Shown here in pieces: positions 26,784-35,689 of a DNA stretch of 64,000 nt. Position 1 is the stretch's first letter. Each line of letters opens with the position of its first letter. Under the pieces are notes generated by a model that worked only from the letters and a program-made list of their open reading frames with translations, searched no databases and had not been told where the DNA came from. This DNA is from a virus (lineage: Duplodnaviria > Caudoviricetes): IMG/VR virus record IMGVR_UViG_3300014205_005221, positions 1-64,000 of that record, one strand, 5' to 3'. The position numbers and the translations under genes are program-made.

Positions 26784-26955
26784 AAGACGGGGAGGGAGCG
26801 ACCCTTCCCCTCATTGGCGCCAGTCAACGTTTCACCAAGGGCTACTCCGTCTTCCCTAACCAATGCTCGCTCGGTGCGCGTACCTACGCCGGGATGCCCT
26901 CGGGCACCACGACGACTCGTCACTACCAAACTTCAAACCGCTGCAGCAGTCTGCG

Positions 26956-27027
26956 TGCCCCCTAGAGGAATCGAACCTCTGTTTCCGGTTCCGTAGACCG
27001 GCGTCTTATCCCCTGGACTAAGAAGGC
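26956..27027 (-). tRNA. tRNA-Arg(ACG)
   Basis: CCGGT-CTACGGA-ACCGG. Confidence 0.88.
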
Positions 27028-27040
27028 ATGTGTGAAATTA

Positions 27041-27144
27041 TCGAAAACAGAACCTGTGCTACCGTACACCATTGACCAGGGCATCCGAAGATGTGTACAC
27101 CCCTAGCGCACCGGAAATGGATCCGGACCTGGATCTGTTTTCAA
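27041..27144 (-). ncRNA. permuted tRNA-like / YrlA-like RNA 1
   Basis: GAAAACAGA/TCTGTTTTC terminal stem; T-like arm precedes D-like arm TGGTGTACGGTAGCAC. Confidence 0.5.
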
Positions 27145-27237
27145 TTTTAGACAAGTACGGCGATCCCGCTTTCCCAAAGCATGTCGCATCAACCTTTTCA
27201 GCTCACGAGTAGGATCTCGGTATTGCTGCTTGTCTAG

Positions 27238-27310
27238 TACGCCGAGTGGGAGTCGAACCCACGCCCTACGAATTAAGAGTTCGCAGCTCTGGCCTCTGAG
27301 CTACCGGCGC
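27238..27310 (-). tRNA. tRNA-Lys(CTT)
   Basis: GCGAA-CTCTTAA-TTCGT. Confidence 0.9.
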
Positions 27311-27316
27311 TTGACA

Positions 27317-27790
27317 TTATTTAATTCTCCACCACCCGAAGGTAGCAGCCGTACGTCGTGTATGGCAATTTGCACAAACTACGTGGCACTTTGCCATTTC
27401 AGCTCGGAGACGCTTAGGAGAACCACCGCTGACAAGGTAAGAAACATTTGCAACCTTGTCGCCCTGATGATCAAACTGAAGAACAACAATGTCGTCTTCA
27501 CCACAATCAACACAGGGATGTTCAATTAAGTAAGCACGAATAATTTCTCGATTGCGATCTCGTTGAGCATTTGCAGTCGCAAGCCTTTTAGGGTTCTGAT
27601 AAGCTTTTGTCACAATATACGACGCAGCATTGTCAAGAACTCTACATGGTTTGCAATTAGCTTGCAAACCATCATTGCGAGCTGCATTCTTACCAAAATC
27701 ACTGGCCGGTACAAATTCTTTGCACCGGCCACATCGCTTCTTACCGGGCGGAACCACGTCCGGCTCTGCCCATCTCACCGCCTCGGACAT
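27317..27790 (-). CDS. HNH endonuclease
   Basis: CGRC..CKPC, CVDCG..LQFDH, CANCH; AT-richer than its surroundings; TTGCAT-N17-TACTCT-N7-ATG. Confidence 0.8.
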   Translation of the reverse strand: MSEAVRWAEPDVVPPGKKRCGRCKEFVPASDFGKNAARNDGLQANCKPCRVLDNAASYIVTKAYQNPKRLATANAQRDRNREIIRAYLIEHPCVDCGEDDIVVLQFDHQGDKVANVSYLVSGGSPKRLRAEMAKCHVVCANCHTRRTAATFGWWRIK

Positions 27791-27835
27791 GGCAGTAAGA
27801 GTAACAACATTCAGAGTCAAATGCAACTAAGAATT

Positions 27836-27966
27836 AGGGTCGGCGTGTTTGGCCGCTACACTACCTCGCCATACAGGATCAGACAGCGCGGCCACGCCGT
27901 CCAAGATCCGTCGGAAGGCGCTAGCAGCCTCCAGCGAGAACGGGATTCGAACCCGCGTCTCCGATT
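27836..27966 (-). ncRNA. permuted tRNA-like RNA 2
   Basis: TCGG-AGAC-T arm-TCTCGCT ... GGCGAGG-TA-D arm-CCGA. Confidence 0.7.
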
Positions 27967-27981
27967 ATTAAATTAAAAACA

Positions 27982-28116
27982 GGCAGGGTGTGCTTTATCC
28001 GTACACCACACCGCGAATCCAGAAACTATACAGCTGTACACACTGTACCGCTTCCTCGGGGCTGCGCAAACCCTTTTGGCGATGGCCCAGGGACTTGAAC
28101 CCGGCCCCTCCCTGCC
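27982..28116 (-). ncRNA. permuted tRNA-like RNA 3
   Basis: GGCAGGG-T arm-CATCGC ... GCGGTG-TG-D arm-CCCTGCC. Confidence 0.7.
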
Positions 28117-28139
28117 CTTAGCTATGAACTTATCAACTA

Positions 28140-28204
28140 GAGAAAATCTAGCATTTAGCTGCTTGCTTGTCAACACCTGCTTGGCGCAGACCCTGTCCTA
28201 CCCC
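28140..28204 (-). promoter_or_regulatory. tandem promoters of tRNA/ncRNA cluster 2
   Basis: TTGACA-N17-TAGATT and an upstream GGG-TAGGAC. Confidence 0.6.
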
Positions 28205-28217
28205 GCCAACGAGCGGA

Positions 28218-28523
28218 TCAGACGTACTCTGCCGGATCAATCTTCACGAACGCCGACGGGATCAGCTCGATCGAACGCACCCAGGAACGGTCCTTCGAGA
28301 TCCGCTCCGCCATCGAACGATTGAGGTTAGCCTGCGCCGATCCCATACCACGCTGCATGCGACGGCCATTACGCTGCAGCGGATTGTAGAACGCCACCCT
28401 GCCCTGCTCGTCAAGCAGCCACCAGTAATTCTTGTAGCACATCACGATGCCCGCAGGCGAATCGGTCAGCTCTGCCACAGAAATCCAGACATAGTGATCC
28501 AGAGGAATCTCGGTGTTCGTCAT
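28218..28523 (-). CDS. MTNT-tagged hypothetical protein
   Basis: TTGACA-N17-TAAGGT-N6-ATG. Confidence 0.8.
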   Translation of the reverse strand: MTNTEIPLDHYVWISVAELTDSPAGIVMCYKNYWWLLDEQGRVAFYNPLQRNGRRMQRGMGSAQANLNRSMAERISKDRSWVRSIELIPSAFVKIDPAEYV

Positions 28524-28559
28524 GTGACTACCTTACCGTTCTTGTCAGCAGTTGTCAAC

Positions 28560-29471
28560 TCACCGGCGGTCGTCATCCATGAAGTTCTTCAGAGCCGACT
28601 TCGCGATCGGGCCCAGGAACTCGAACACCGAACTCAGATCCGGCGCGTCCTTCCCGGCCTTGTCCGTAGCACCCGGGTCAGCGGCACGCTCAGCCTTCAG
28701 CGCCTCCAGCTCGGCCTCCAGGCCCGCAATACGCGTGCGCGCCTTGCCGACCTCCTCGTGCAGGTGCAGAGCGTTCTTGCCTTCAACATCGCGCTGCTGA
28801 ATCGCTGCGGAAAGCTGCTGAGCGAGAGCCATGTTCCTCTCGTCCAACTCATTGGCTTCGCGGACCGCCTCGTCACGCTCCTTGGTCAGAGCCAGGCCCT
28901 TGCGATACGCGGTCCGATACGACTCACGCACATCGTCGAGCTGCGTCTTCAGACCAGCCACCTGACCGCGCAGCTTCAGAATCTCTTCAAACCGCTGCTT
29001 CTGATCACGTCCCTGACTTCCGGTCAAAGGCGCGTACTCCGCGTCAGCCTTACGAACCCTCTCGATAAGAACCTTCTTATCACGATTCAGGTCGTGCAGA
29101 CGATCCGTAGCCGCCTCAATGACCTCCAACGGCTCCGCCTCGCCCAACCGATCCTGATCAACCGGGGCCAGACCCTCCAACAGAGCCGCAGCAGCATCCC
29201 GCAGCTTGCCCTGCTCGATCATCCGGGACGTGTTGTCGAGATCGGTGTTCGCTTCCTGCGTTTCGGCCTGGCGCTTCCACAGGTTCGCCAGCTCGCGAAG
29301 CGCGTGGTGCGGAGCAGGCTCAGCCGACTCCAGACCACGGCGCACCGCGTCCCACAGCATCTCCGACTTGGCAGACGGGACATGCGACAGCGGCTTACCG
29401 TTTTCGTCGAAGACATCCGGGTGCATCGCAGCCGCTGCCTTACGAACCTGCCATTCCTGGATGTTCGTCAT
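28560..29471 (-). CDS. coiled-coil protein, tag variant MTNI
   Basis: heptad-rich; GGG-TAGGAC-N6-ATG. Confidence 0.75.
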   Translation of the reverse strand: MTNIQEWQVRKAAAAMHPDVFDENGKPLSHVPSAKSEMLWDAVRRGLESAEPAPHHALRELANLWKRQAETQEANTDLDNTSRMIEQGKLRDAAAALLEGLAPVDQDRLGEAEPLEVIEAATDRLHDLNRDKKVLIERVRKADAEYAPLTGSQGRDQKQRFEEILKLRGQVAGLKTQLDDVRESYRTAYRKGLALTKERDEAVREANELDERNMALAQQLSAAIQQRDVEGKNALHLHEEVGKARTRIAGLEAELEALKAERAADPGATDKAGKDAPDLSSVFEFLGPIAKSALKNFMDDDRR

Positions 29472-29488
29472 GTCGCTGTCCTACCCAC

Positions 29489-30241
29489 TCAGCTAGAGAT
29501 AACGCCGTGCTTAGTGGCCGCGTCGATCCAGCTCTGCCACTCGTCGACCATCAGATCGGCGAACGCCAGCTCGGCGATGCCCTGCGGGTCCGGAATGTCC
29601 TTAGCGTCGATGTTGTCGAGCAGCCTATCCTTCTCCGTGGCGTCGTCCAGCTCCTGCAGGAAGTCGACCGGGCGCAGCGACAGGAACTTGATGAACACCG
29701 GGTACCCGGCCAGCTCGTAGGCTACCTTCTTGGTGGCGCGCTTGTCCTCGCGGTTCGGAGACCCGTCACCGATGACAACCGCGAACACCGGGTAATCCGA
29801 CTTCTCGGCAATAGCCTTGAGCGCCTCCAGCGGAGCCGACATGACCGTCGAGCCCATCTCGTGGCGGCGCCAAATCTGCGAGTCGACCACGCCCTGATAG
29901 TTGTCCACGGTCACCGTGACAGCAGGGTAGAGACGGCTGTCGAACGCGATCACCGGGATCTCGCCGTCAGCATCGACCTGCAGCGAAAACGCCAGCACAC
30001 GCTCGACCAGAGCCTGCACCGCGCCGTTGTGGTAGTCGTAGTTCATCGAACCGGAGTGATCGAGCAGCAGCACTACCTGCGCCCGCATGCCGGACAGCCC
30101 CGCCTTCGACAGCGAGATACCAACCTTGTCGGCACGCTTCTTCAGATCGATGCGGGACTCACCGAGCGAATCCAGATCGAACGCCGGAGCGCCCGCCGGA
30201 TCCTTCGTAAGCTTGACGGTCTTCTTCACCATGTCAGGCAT
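29489..30241 (-). CDS. vWA domain protein (Ter-cluster / TerF-associated type)
   Basis: MIDAS DHSGSM, GDG, FLQELDD..RLLDN. Confidence 0.8.
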   Translation of the reverse strand: MPDMVKKTVKLTKDPAGAPAFDLDSLGESRIDLKKRADKVGISLSKAGLSGMRAQVVLLLDHSGSMNYDYHNGAVQALVERVLAFSLQVDADGEIPVIAFDSRLYPAVTVTVDNYQGVVDSQIWRRHEMGSTVMSAPLEALKAIAEKSDYPVFAVVIGDGSPNREDKRATKKVAYELAGYPVFIKFLSLRPVDFLQELDDATEKDRLLDNIDAKDIPDPQGIAELAFADLMVDEWQSWIDAATKHGVISS

Positions 30242-30255
30242 TCAATGCTCCAGGT

Positions 30256-30504
30256 TAGTCGGAAAGAGCGGGGCGGGGACACGCTGTGAGGGATTGTCGA
30301 TGAGAAACGGCTAGATCGTGATAGGGCAAGTCGAAGTGATCAGAGCGGAGCTGTTCGGTGGTGAACGTGGTCTGTCGATTGGCACGGGCAGATTCCGGAG
30401 GGTCCGGGTGCCGGGCGGGGTTGTCGAGAAGCAGCGGTTCGTTCGGGCGCGTACGTGGTCAGTCAAATTGCGCAGACGCGTTCCGGGATACGAAGGGTAG
30501 TCGA
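30256..30504 (-). repeat. pentamer-periodic array B (about 6 units)
   Basis: GTC(G) at 30258, 30296, 30330, 30374, 30423, 30462, 30500. Confidence 0.8.
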
Positions 30505-30580
30505 AGGGCTTAGCCCAGCCCGAAAGCTCCGGGACTCAGGGGCGGCCGGTGCCTAACTCCAGCCGCCCCTGTCCTACCCC
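30500..30580 (-). promoter_or_regulatory. GGG-TAGGAC promoter plus structured leader of array B
   Basis: GGGGCGGCTGG-AGTTAGGCA-CCGGCCGCCCC hairpin, TGAGT, second hairpin, TAAGCCCTTCGAC. Confidence 0.7.
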
Positions 30581-30583
30581 AGA

Positions 30584-31342
30584 TCAGGCGCTAGCGGCCG
30601 TCTTACGACGAGCAGCAGGCTTCTTCGACGAACCCGTCACCTTCGCCCCCGCCTTGCCAACCTCAACACGATCCCAGTTGACAATGCGGTACTTGCCGAA
30701 CGACTGCGAACGGCTCGCACCGATACCCTGCTCCTCACCGGTCAGCCAGATCATGGCCCACTCGGTGTCGGTGAACGCCCAGTCCGAGAGCACCGTGAAG
30801 TTCAGATCGACCTCGTGACAAATCTCCTCGTACTGAATGCCGGTGCCGCGCCAGGTGTGCACGAACCGCTGCACGATCTCATCGTGCTCCAGGACAGACT
30901 CACCGTCCCGGGTCAGATAGATGCGGTCGTCGTCCACGACGATGTGCTCCGCGAGGAACCCGAGCAAACCCTTGTTGGTCACGCCCCAGCCACGCTGGTT
31001 GAGCTTGCCCGCAGCGACGGCAACGTTGGCCGCCTCCTTGAGCGCCGCCTTCAGCTGACGACCTTCGATGTAAAGACCGTGCTGGTCCCGGCGAAAACCG
31101 TTGAGGTGCTTCGCCGAACCGACCAGAGCAACAGCCTCGTCAGCCGTGACACCACGCTCGGTCATAACCTTGGCGACCTCCTCACGAATCAGATCGTCGG
31201 AGGTGCCGAGCTTCGACCGGAGATGACCCTCAATGACCTTGGGATCGGTCGGAGTGCCGCCAGCGATGGCCCGGACGTGGAGGGTGCCGTTGAACTTGTA
31301 CGGCCACGCCTGTCCACGGAACTGCTCGAAAACGCTATCCAT
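30584..31342 (-). CDS. Cas7/Csm3-like RAMP-fold RNA-binding protein (stand-alone)
   Basis: LYIEGRQLKAALKEAA resembles the RAMP Y-I-P-G-S-S-L-K-G motif; C-terminal Gly loop GIGASRSQSFGKY. Confidence 0.65.
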   Translation of the reverse strand: MDSVFEQFRGQAWPYKFNGTLHVRAIAGGTPTDPKVIEGHLRSKLGTSDDLIREEVAKVMTERGVTADEAVALVGSAKHLNGFRRDQHGLYIEGRQLKAALKEAANVAVAAGKLNQRGWGVTNKGLLGFLAEHIVVDDDRIYLTRDGESVLEHDEIVQRFVHTWRGTGIQYEEICHEVDLNFTVLSDWAFTDTEWAMIWLTGEEQGIGASRSQSFGKYRIVNWDRVEVGKAGAKVTGSSKKPAARRKTAASA

Positions 31343-31389
31343 TTTTACTGTGCCTCCTGGGCATCTTGGTAATGGATGTGTTTGCTTTC

Positions 31390-31938
31390 CTATGCCGGAA
31401 TGGTCACAGGAGCCTTAACAATCGAGCGCATCAGCCTGTCATACTCAGACTCGGTGAATACGCTCGACACCGTGCCGTCTCCTACCCGGGAAGCAACAGC
31501 CCGGTGGAACGCGGCAAGCATGCGCGAAGTGTTCGCAGAAACCTCATACCGGTCCGCGACAAAAAGACAATCCGCAGCCGTCATCTCGGCAACACGACGC
31601 TGAGTATCCATACCGTCCACCACATAACGCTGGTCGAACGGAGACATCGCTGCGACGTCACCAGTCTGCTCGAACTCCTTCGCAGCGCGAGCGAAAGCTC
31701 CCGCCACCGCATGCGCACGAGCGCGAGCCCGGCGGGAACCGATCACACGGGTGATCTGCTCACGCAGGATGGACTCCGCCCGCGCCTCCAGCCACGCGGT
31801 CAGCACCTCGGGAGACGTCTCGCGCAACGTCGCCACGATATTCGCTGCCGCTACAGCAGGAATGACGTCTTCCTCTGCTTCAAGAAAGTCTCTGATGAAC
31901 GAATTGATGTACTCATCAGGAGATGCTACTTCGATCAC
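31390..31938 (-). CDS. hypothetical helical protein, upstream partner of the RAMP-like gene
   Basis: GGG-TAGGAG-N6-GTG; lies between array A and the RAMP-like gene. Confidence 0.7.
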   Translation of the reverse strand: MIEVASPDEYINSFIRDFLEAEEDVIPAVAAANIVATLRETSPEVLTAWLEARAESILREQITRVIGSRRARARAHAVAGAFARAAKEFEQTGDVAAMSPFDQRYVVDGMDTQRRVAEMTAADCLFVADRYEVSANTSRMLAAFHRAVASRVGDGTVSSVFTESEYDRLMRSIVKAPVTIPA

Positions 31939-31972
31939 AACACTCTCCTACCCGATGACCAGCGAAAAAGGA

Positions 31973-32926
31973 ACGTCGACGTGACACGGGGTGCGCGGAG
32001 ACGCGACGGGCTGAGGCGGAAAGTCGAACCGGCGAGGCACGACAGGAGCGGATGCAGAGCTGCGCAGTCGAAGGGGTCGCGGTGCGTAGCGGCGGGAGGA
32101 TCGAGGGTTGTCGAACTGAACTGGGATGCAAGGAACCCGAGCGGAGTGGGGCTGTCGAGTGGGGGCGACCAGAGATGGGCAGGTGCCGGGAAGTCGGATG
32201 GATAAGGGCAGGCAAGGGATGTGTTGTCGGACTGACTCAGGGGCGCGTTGCGAAAGCGCGGGGAAGACTCGGGACGTCGACGGGCCAGCGGTGTCGAGAC
32301 GGGGGATGTCATGAGATAAGGGGTGGGCGGGGACAAAGATGGCATGGGCAGTCGAGAAGACGTGGGACGGCAGTGAAAAGTCGACGGGTGCTGAAGTGAA
32401 TTGTTCTGGCAAGGGTAGTCGTAACACTGGGTAGTCGAATGGAGGCGAAGCGGCCAGAAGCGCGGCGGCTTGGAGTTGTCAGAAGGATCGGGCTGCGGCG
32501 GCTTGGAGTTGTCAGAAGGATCGGGCTGCATGCGCAAGGGGCGGTGGGGGGTTGTCGTGTGAATTGACAGGAGAAGGGGCGGAGCTGGGTTGTCGGCACG
32601 GGACGCGGCTTGAGATGACCCGGATAGTCGCAGCGGGTGGGCGAGATCAAATGTGGGGAGACATGTCGATGCGCGGCGCGGTGGGCGCGAGCAGGCGTGA
32701 CGATGGATTGTCGAAACGGCTGGTCAGGGCGGGAAGACGACTTGACGATGTCGAGCGGAAGGAAGGGGCAGGGCATGCCAGGGAGTGGTACGGGATGTCG
32801 AAGCGAGCCGGACAGGCGCGAGATGACCAGAAACGACTTGTCGAAACGGCGGGGCAGGGCGCGCGGTGGCGAGCGTGGTCGAAACGGAGGGATCGCGGAC
32901 CGTGCTGACGAGACCAGACATGTCGA
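31973..32926 (-). repeat. pentamer-periodic array A (about 22-25 units)
   Basis: GTCG delimiters mostly 33, 38-39, 43-44 or 48 nt apart; G every 5 nt on + strand. Confidence 0.85.
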
Positions 32927-32997
32927 GGGCTTACCCTGCCGCGATGCGGACTTAGTGGGCCGGGCGCCTAACTCCCGGAGACACAACAATTCTACCC
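32922..32997 (-). promoter_or_regulatory. GGG-TAGAAT promoter plus structured leader of array A
   Basis: CCGGG-AGTTAGGCG-CCCGG, CTAAGT, CCGC/GCGG, TAAGCCCTCGAC. Confidence 0.7.
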
Positions 32998-33000
32998 AGA

Positions 33001-33032
33001 GAAAAGGCCCCGGATCCGAAGACCCGGGGCCG
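33001..33032 (-). terminator. intrinsic terminator after the helicase
   Basis: GGCCCCGG-GTCTTCGGAT-CCGGGGCC-TTTT. Confidence 0.75.
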
Positions 33033-33039
33033 ATTTCCG

Positions 33040-34809
33040 TCAGGAACGCTGTTCGATCCGCTCCTTGGCGTCCGGAGAAACCGTGAGACCGAACCGCTCA
33101 GCCACGTCCAACACAGCCGCACGCGCGAGCACAATCCGCACCTTCTCGAAACCCGCGTAGTCCGCGCGGTAGCGCATCTTCGGGTCACCGAACGGCAGCT
33201 CCTGCTGCGCCTTGACCAACTCCGGGTTGTACTTGGTCCCCGTCATGATCACGCGGTCCTCGTCTTCCGGGTCGCACATGACGTTGCAGATCTGCGACTC
33301 GGACACGTCCGCCAGCACCGTCACGACGTCGGTCAGGAACACCCGCTCGCCCTCAGCAGGCTTCGTGAGCGGCTCGATCCACGGCGTCAGCGCCGACGAG
33401 TCGACATACTGCTTGCCGCGCGTCACAGCCACGTAGGCCAGCCGCAGCTCCGGAGCCGAGAGACCCTCCTCCGACATCGGCATCGGAAAGTCAGACGCCA
33501 ACTTGACCGAATTCCACTCGCGACCCTTGCTCTTGTGAGCAGTGCTGATCAGCAGCTGCGCGGCACGCTCGGGAACCGCACGCTCGACAGCGGCGAGAAT
33601 GACCTGCGGAGTGTGGTCGTCAACGAGGTTGACCAGCGTCTGCAGGTCACGCGCCTCCTTGTCCTCAGTGACGTACTCACGAACCTGATTCCACGACTCG
33701 AACGCCCGAAGCTCCGGGTGATCTGTCGGACGGCCCTCCGTGAGGTCCAAAGCAGCCTGTGCCAGCCACTGCACCGCCTGGGTACCGCCGACCAGACCCG
33801 CCCGGATGCCCGACATCTGCGCCGTGAGCAGCCGCGAGACCGCCTCGGCGTTGGTGCGGCACAGGACGGTGTCCGGGTTGTCCAGGAACGCCAGCGCAGA
33901 GGACTCCGGTCCGAGACCCTGCAACTGATACGGCGTCTCCAGCAGCGACAGGATGCGATTGGCCTCATCAGCAATGGACTGGCCGAACCGGAACGACGCG
34001 GTCAGCGGAAGCCGGTACTCGGCATCGAACTGGTCGAGCGCGTCGATCGCACCACGCCACGCGTAGATCTGCTGGTTGCTGTCACCGTTCGGGATCAGCT
34101 GAACGCCGTGATCGGTCTGCATGCGCTGCACGATGCTCATGACCACCGGGTCCGCATCCTGCGCCTCATCAAAGAGAACGACCTCGCCCGGAAGTCGGAA
34201 ATTCTTGTCCATGCTGGCGAGCTTCAGGTAGTGGTCGTGCATGAAACGGAGCTGACCCCTGCCCGAGGTGATGTCAGCCCAAGCACGCTGCACGTACGGG
34301 AACACGAACTCCTGCAGCGCCTTGCGCGGCTCGGGAAGATCCATACCCGGAACGCGGGGGATGTGGTGCATGCCGGGCTCAGGAGCGTCGGAAGCGCAGA
34401 ACCGAGCCACCGACTCCATGACCAGACCAGCCAGCTGACGGTCGCGAAGCTTGAAGTCGCCGAACACGAAGTCCTCGCGGATGCGCAGGATCTGCGCCTG
34501 CTTCCAACGCGGGACACGCTCCTGGCTCTGCAGCCGGTCCAGCAGCTCCGGACGGCTCGCCTTGATGTGGTGGTAGGCGAAGCTATGCGCGGTCGCCGCC
34601 GTGACGTTGCGCGGGAACCTGCGCTTGGCCTCATCGGCAATCGACTTGTTGAACGCGATGTAGCAGAAGCTCTTCTCAGCGTTCTCCCGAGAGATCAGCT
34701 CCAGGGTCGACGTCTTGCCGGTACCGGCAAGCGCCTCTACCACCACGTCCTTGCCGGTCGCAGCCGCGTCCATGATGTCGCACTGCTCACTTGTAGGCTT
34801 GAAAGCCAT
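33040..34809 (-). CDS. UvrD/Rep-like SF1 helicase
   Basis: ALAGTGKTST, DEAQD, GDSNQQIYAWRGA, STAHKSKGRE, YVAVTR. Confidence 0.92.
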   Translation of the reverse strand: MAFKPTSEQCDIMDAAATGKDVVVEALAGTGKTSTLELISRENAEKSFCYIAFNKSIADEAKRRFPRNVTAATAHSFAYHHIKASRPELLDRLQSQERVPRWKQAQILRIREDFVFGDFKLRDRQLAGLVMESVARFCASDAPEPGMHHIPRVPGMDLPEPRKALQEFVFPYVQRAWADITSGRGQLRFMHDHYLKLASMDKNFRLPGEVVLFDEAQDADPVVMSIVQRMQTDHGVQLIPNGDSNQQIYAWRGAIDALDQFDAEYRLPLTASFRFGQSIADEANRILSLLETPYQLQGLGPESSALAFLDNPDTVLCRTNAEAVSRLLTAQMSGIRAGLVGGTQAVQWLAQAALDLTEGRPTDHPELRAFESWNQVREYVTEDKEARDLQTLVNLVDDHTPQVILAAVERAVPERAAQLLISTAHKSKGREWNSVKLASDFPMPMSEEGLSAPELRLAYVAVTRGKQYVDSSALTPWIEPLTKPAEGERVFLTDVVTVLADVSESQICNVMCDPEDEDRVIMTGTKYNPELVKAQQELPFGDPKMRYRADYAGFEKVRIVLARAAVLDVAERFGLTVSPDAKERIEQRS

Positions 34810-34899
34810 GCTAGCTCCTGAAGCTGGGGCGGATTTTTCTCCGCCGCGATGAAAAGAGCTTAGCATGCTCGCAGAGACATGCAAGCTTGACTTGCTGAC

Positions 34900-35115
34900 C
34901 TAATCCTGGCCGAGCGCAGCTTCGACGGTCCGGAACCCGGACGCCCGCAGCAGGTCGACCAGCTCCTCGGCAGCGTTGACCACACGCCACCCGTCCTGGG
35001 CACAACTCACCAGGGTGTCCACATCGAACTCGGCGCCGTGATCTTTGATCTGACGCAGCATTTCCAGCGCGTTCTGCAACGAACGAAACTTAGCGCGCAT
35101 CTCGTCAGCGCTCAT
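34900..35115 (-). CDS. hypothetical protein
   Basis: ATGA overlap. Confidence 0.55.
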   Translation of the reverse strand: MSADEMRAKFRSLQNALEMLRQIKDHGAEFDVDTLVSCAQDGWRVVNAAEELVDLLRASGFRTVEAALGQD

Positions 35116-35309
35116 CGCAGACCCTTGGGCCGGTAGCCGCCGTGGGCATACCACTCAGACAGACTCCGAGCATGCTCAGCGATCTGGTCAGCCAACTCAG
35201 CAACAGCGTCTAAATCCCGACGCGACAGGTCGATCACGTGGCTGGCTTGAATTTCTTGAATGTAGCTGATGTCCCGAGACAACAGCCGTACAACCTCTTC
35301 CGGGTCCAC
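35112..35309 (-). CDS. hypothetical protein
   Basis: GGG-TAGAAC-N6-GTG. Confidence 0.6.
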   Translation of the reverse strand: MDPEEVVRLLSRDISYIQEIQASHVIDLSRRDLDAVAELADQIAEHARSLSEWYAHGGYRPKGLR

Positions 35310-35689
35310 ACAGATGTTCTACCCGGAGATCGGAAAGCCTCGCGGATCGGTGGGATCATCGCGCAACGCATGACGGCCCGAGGAATCCACCGGAGTGTCA
35401 TCCTCGGACCAGTCACGTTCAAACACGGTAAACGGATCTCCGAGCCGATCCACCAGGTCCAGGTAGAAACGCAGCTCCTCCATACCCCGGCCTTCGTCCC
35501 AGCTAGACGAGCGTGACCACCAGAAACCACGTCAGCAAAGACATGACAATGCCGGTGACACAACACGCGATCAACAAATCCGTGGTGGTCCACAAATCTT
35601 CATGTCGAACATTACGGGTGCGTCTCACTCGCATGGACGAATACGCACGATGGGACGGAGAACTCACTTGCACACAGCTCCTGCGGGGT

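Noticed and set aside
31973-32926. Canonical CRISPR array
   Set aside because: No identical 23-47 bp repeats, only a 4-6 nt delimiter, and no cas1/cas2; reported as a non-canonical array instead
31916-33086. Pro/Arg/Ser-rich ORFs across array A
   Set aside because: A period of 5 and unit lengths of 5n+3/4 do not fit codon structure; the translations are low-complexity by-products
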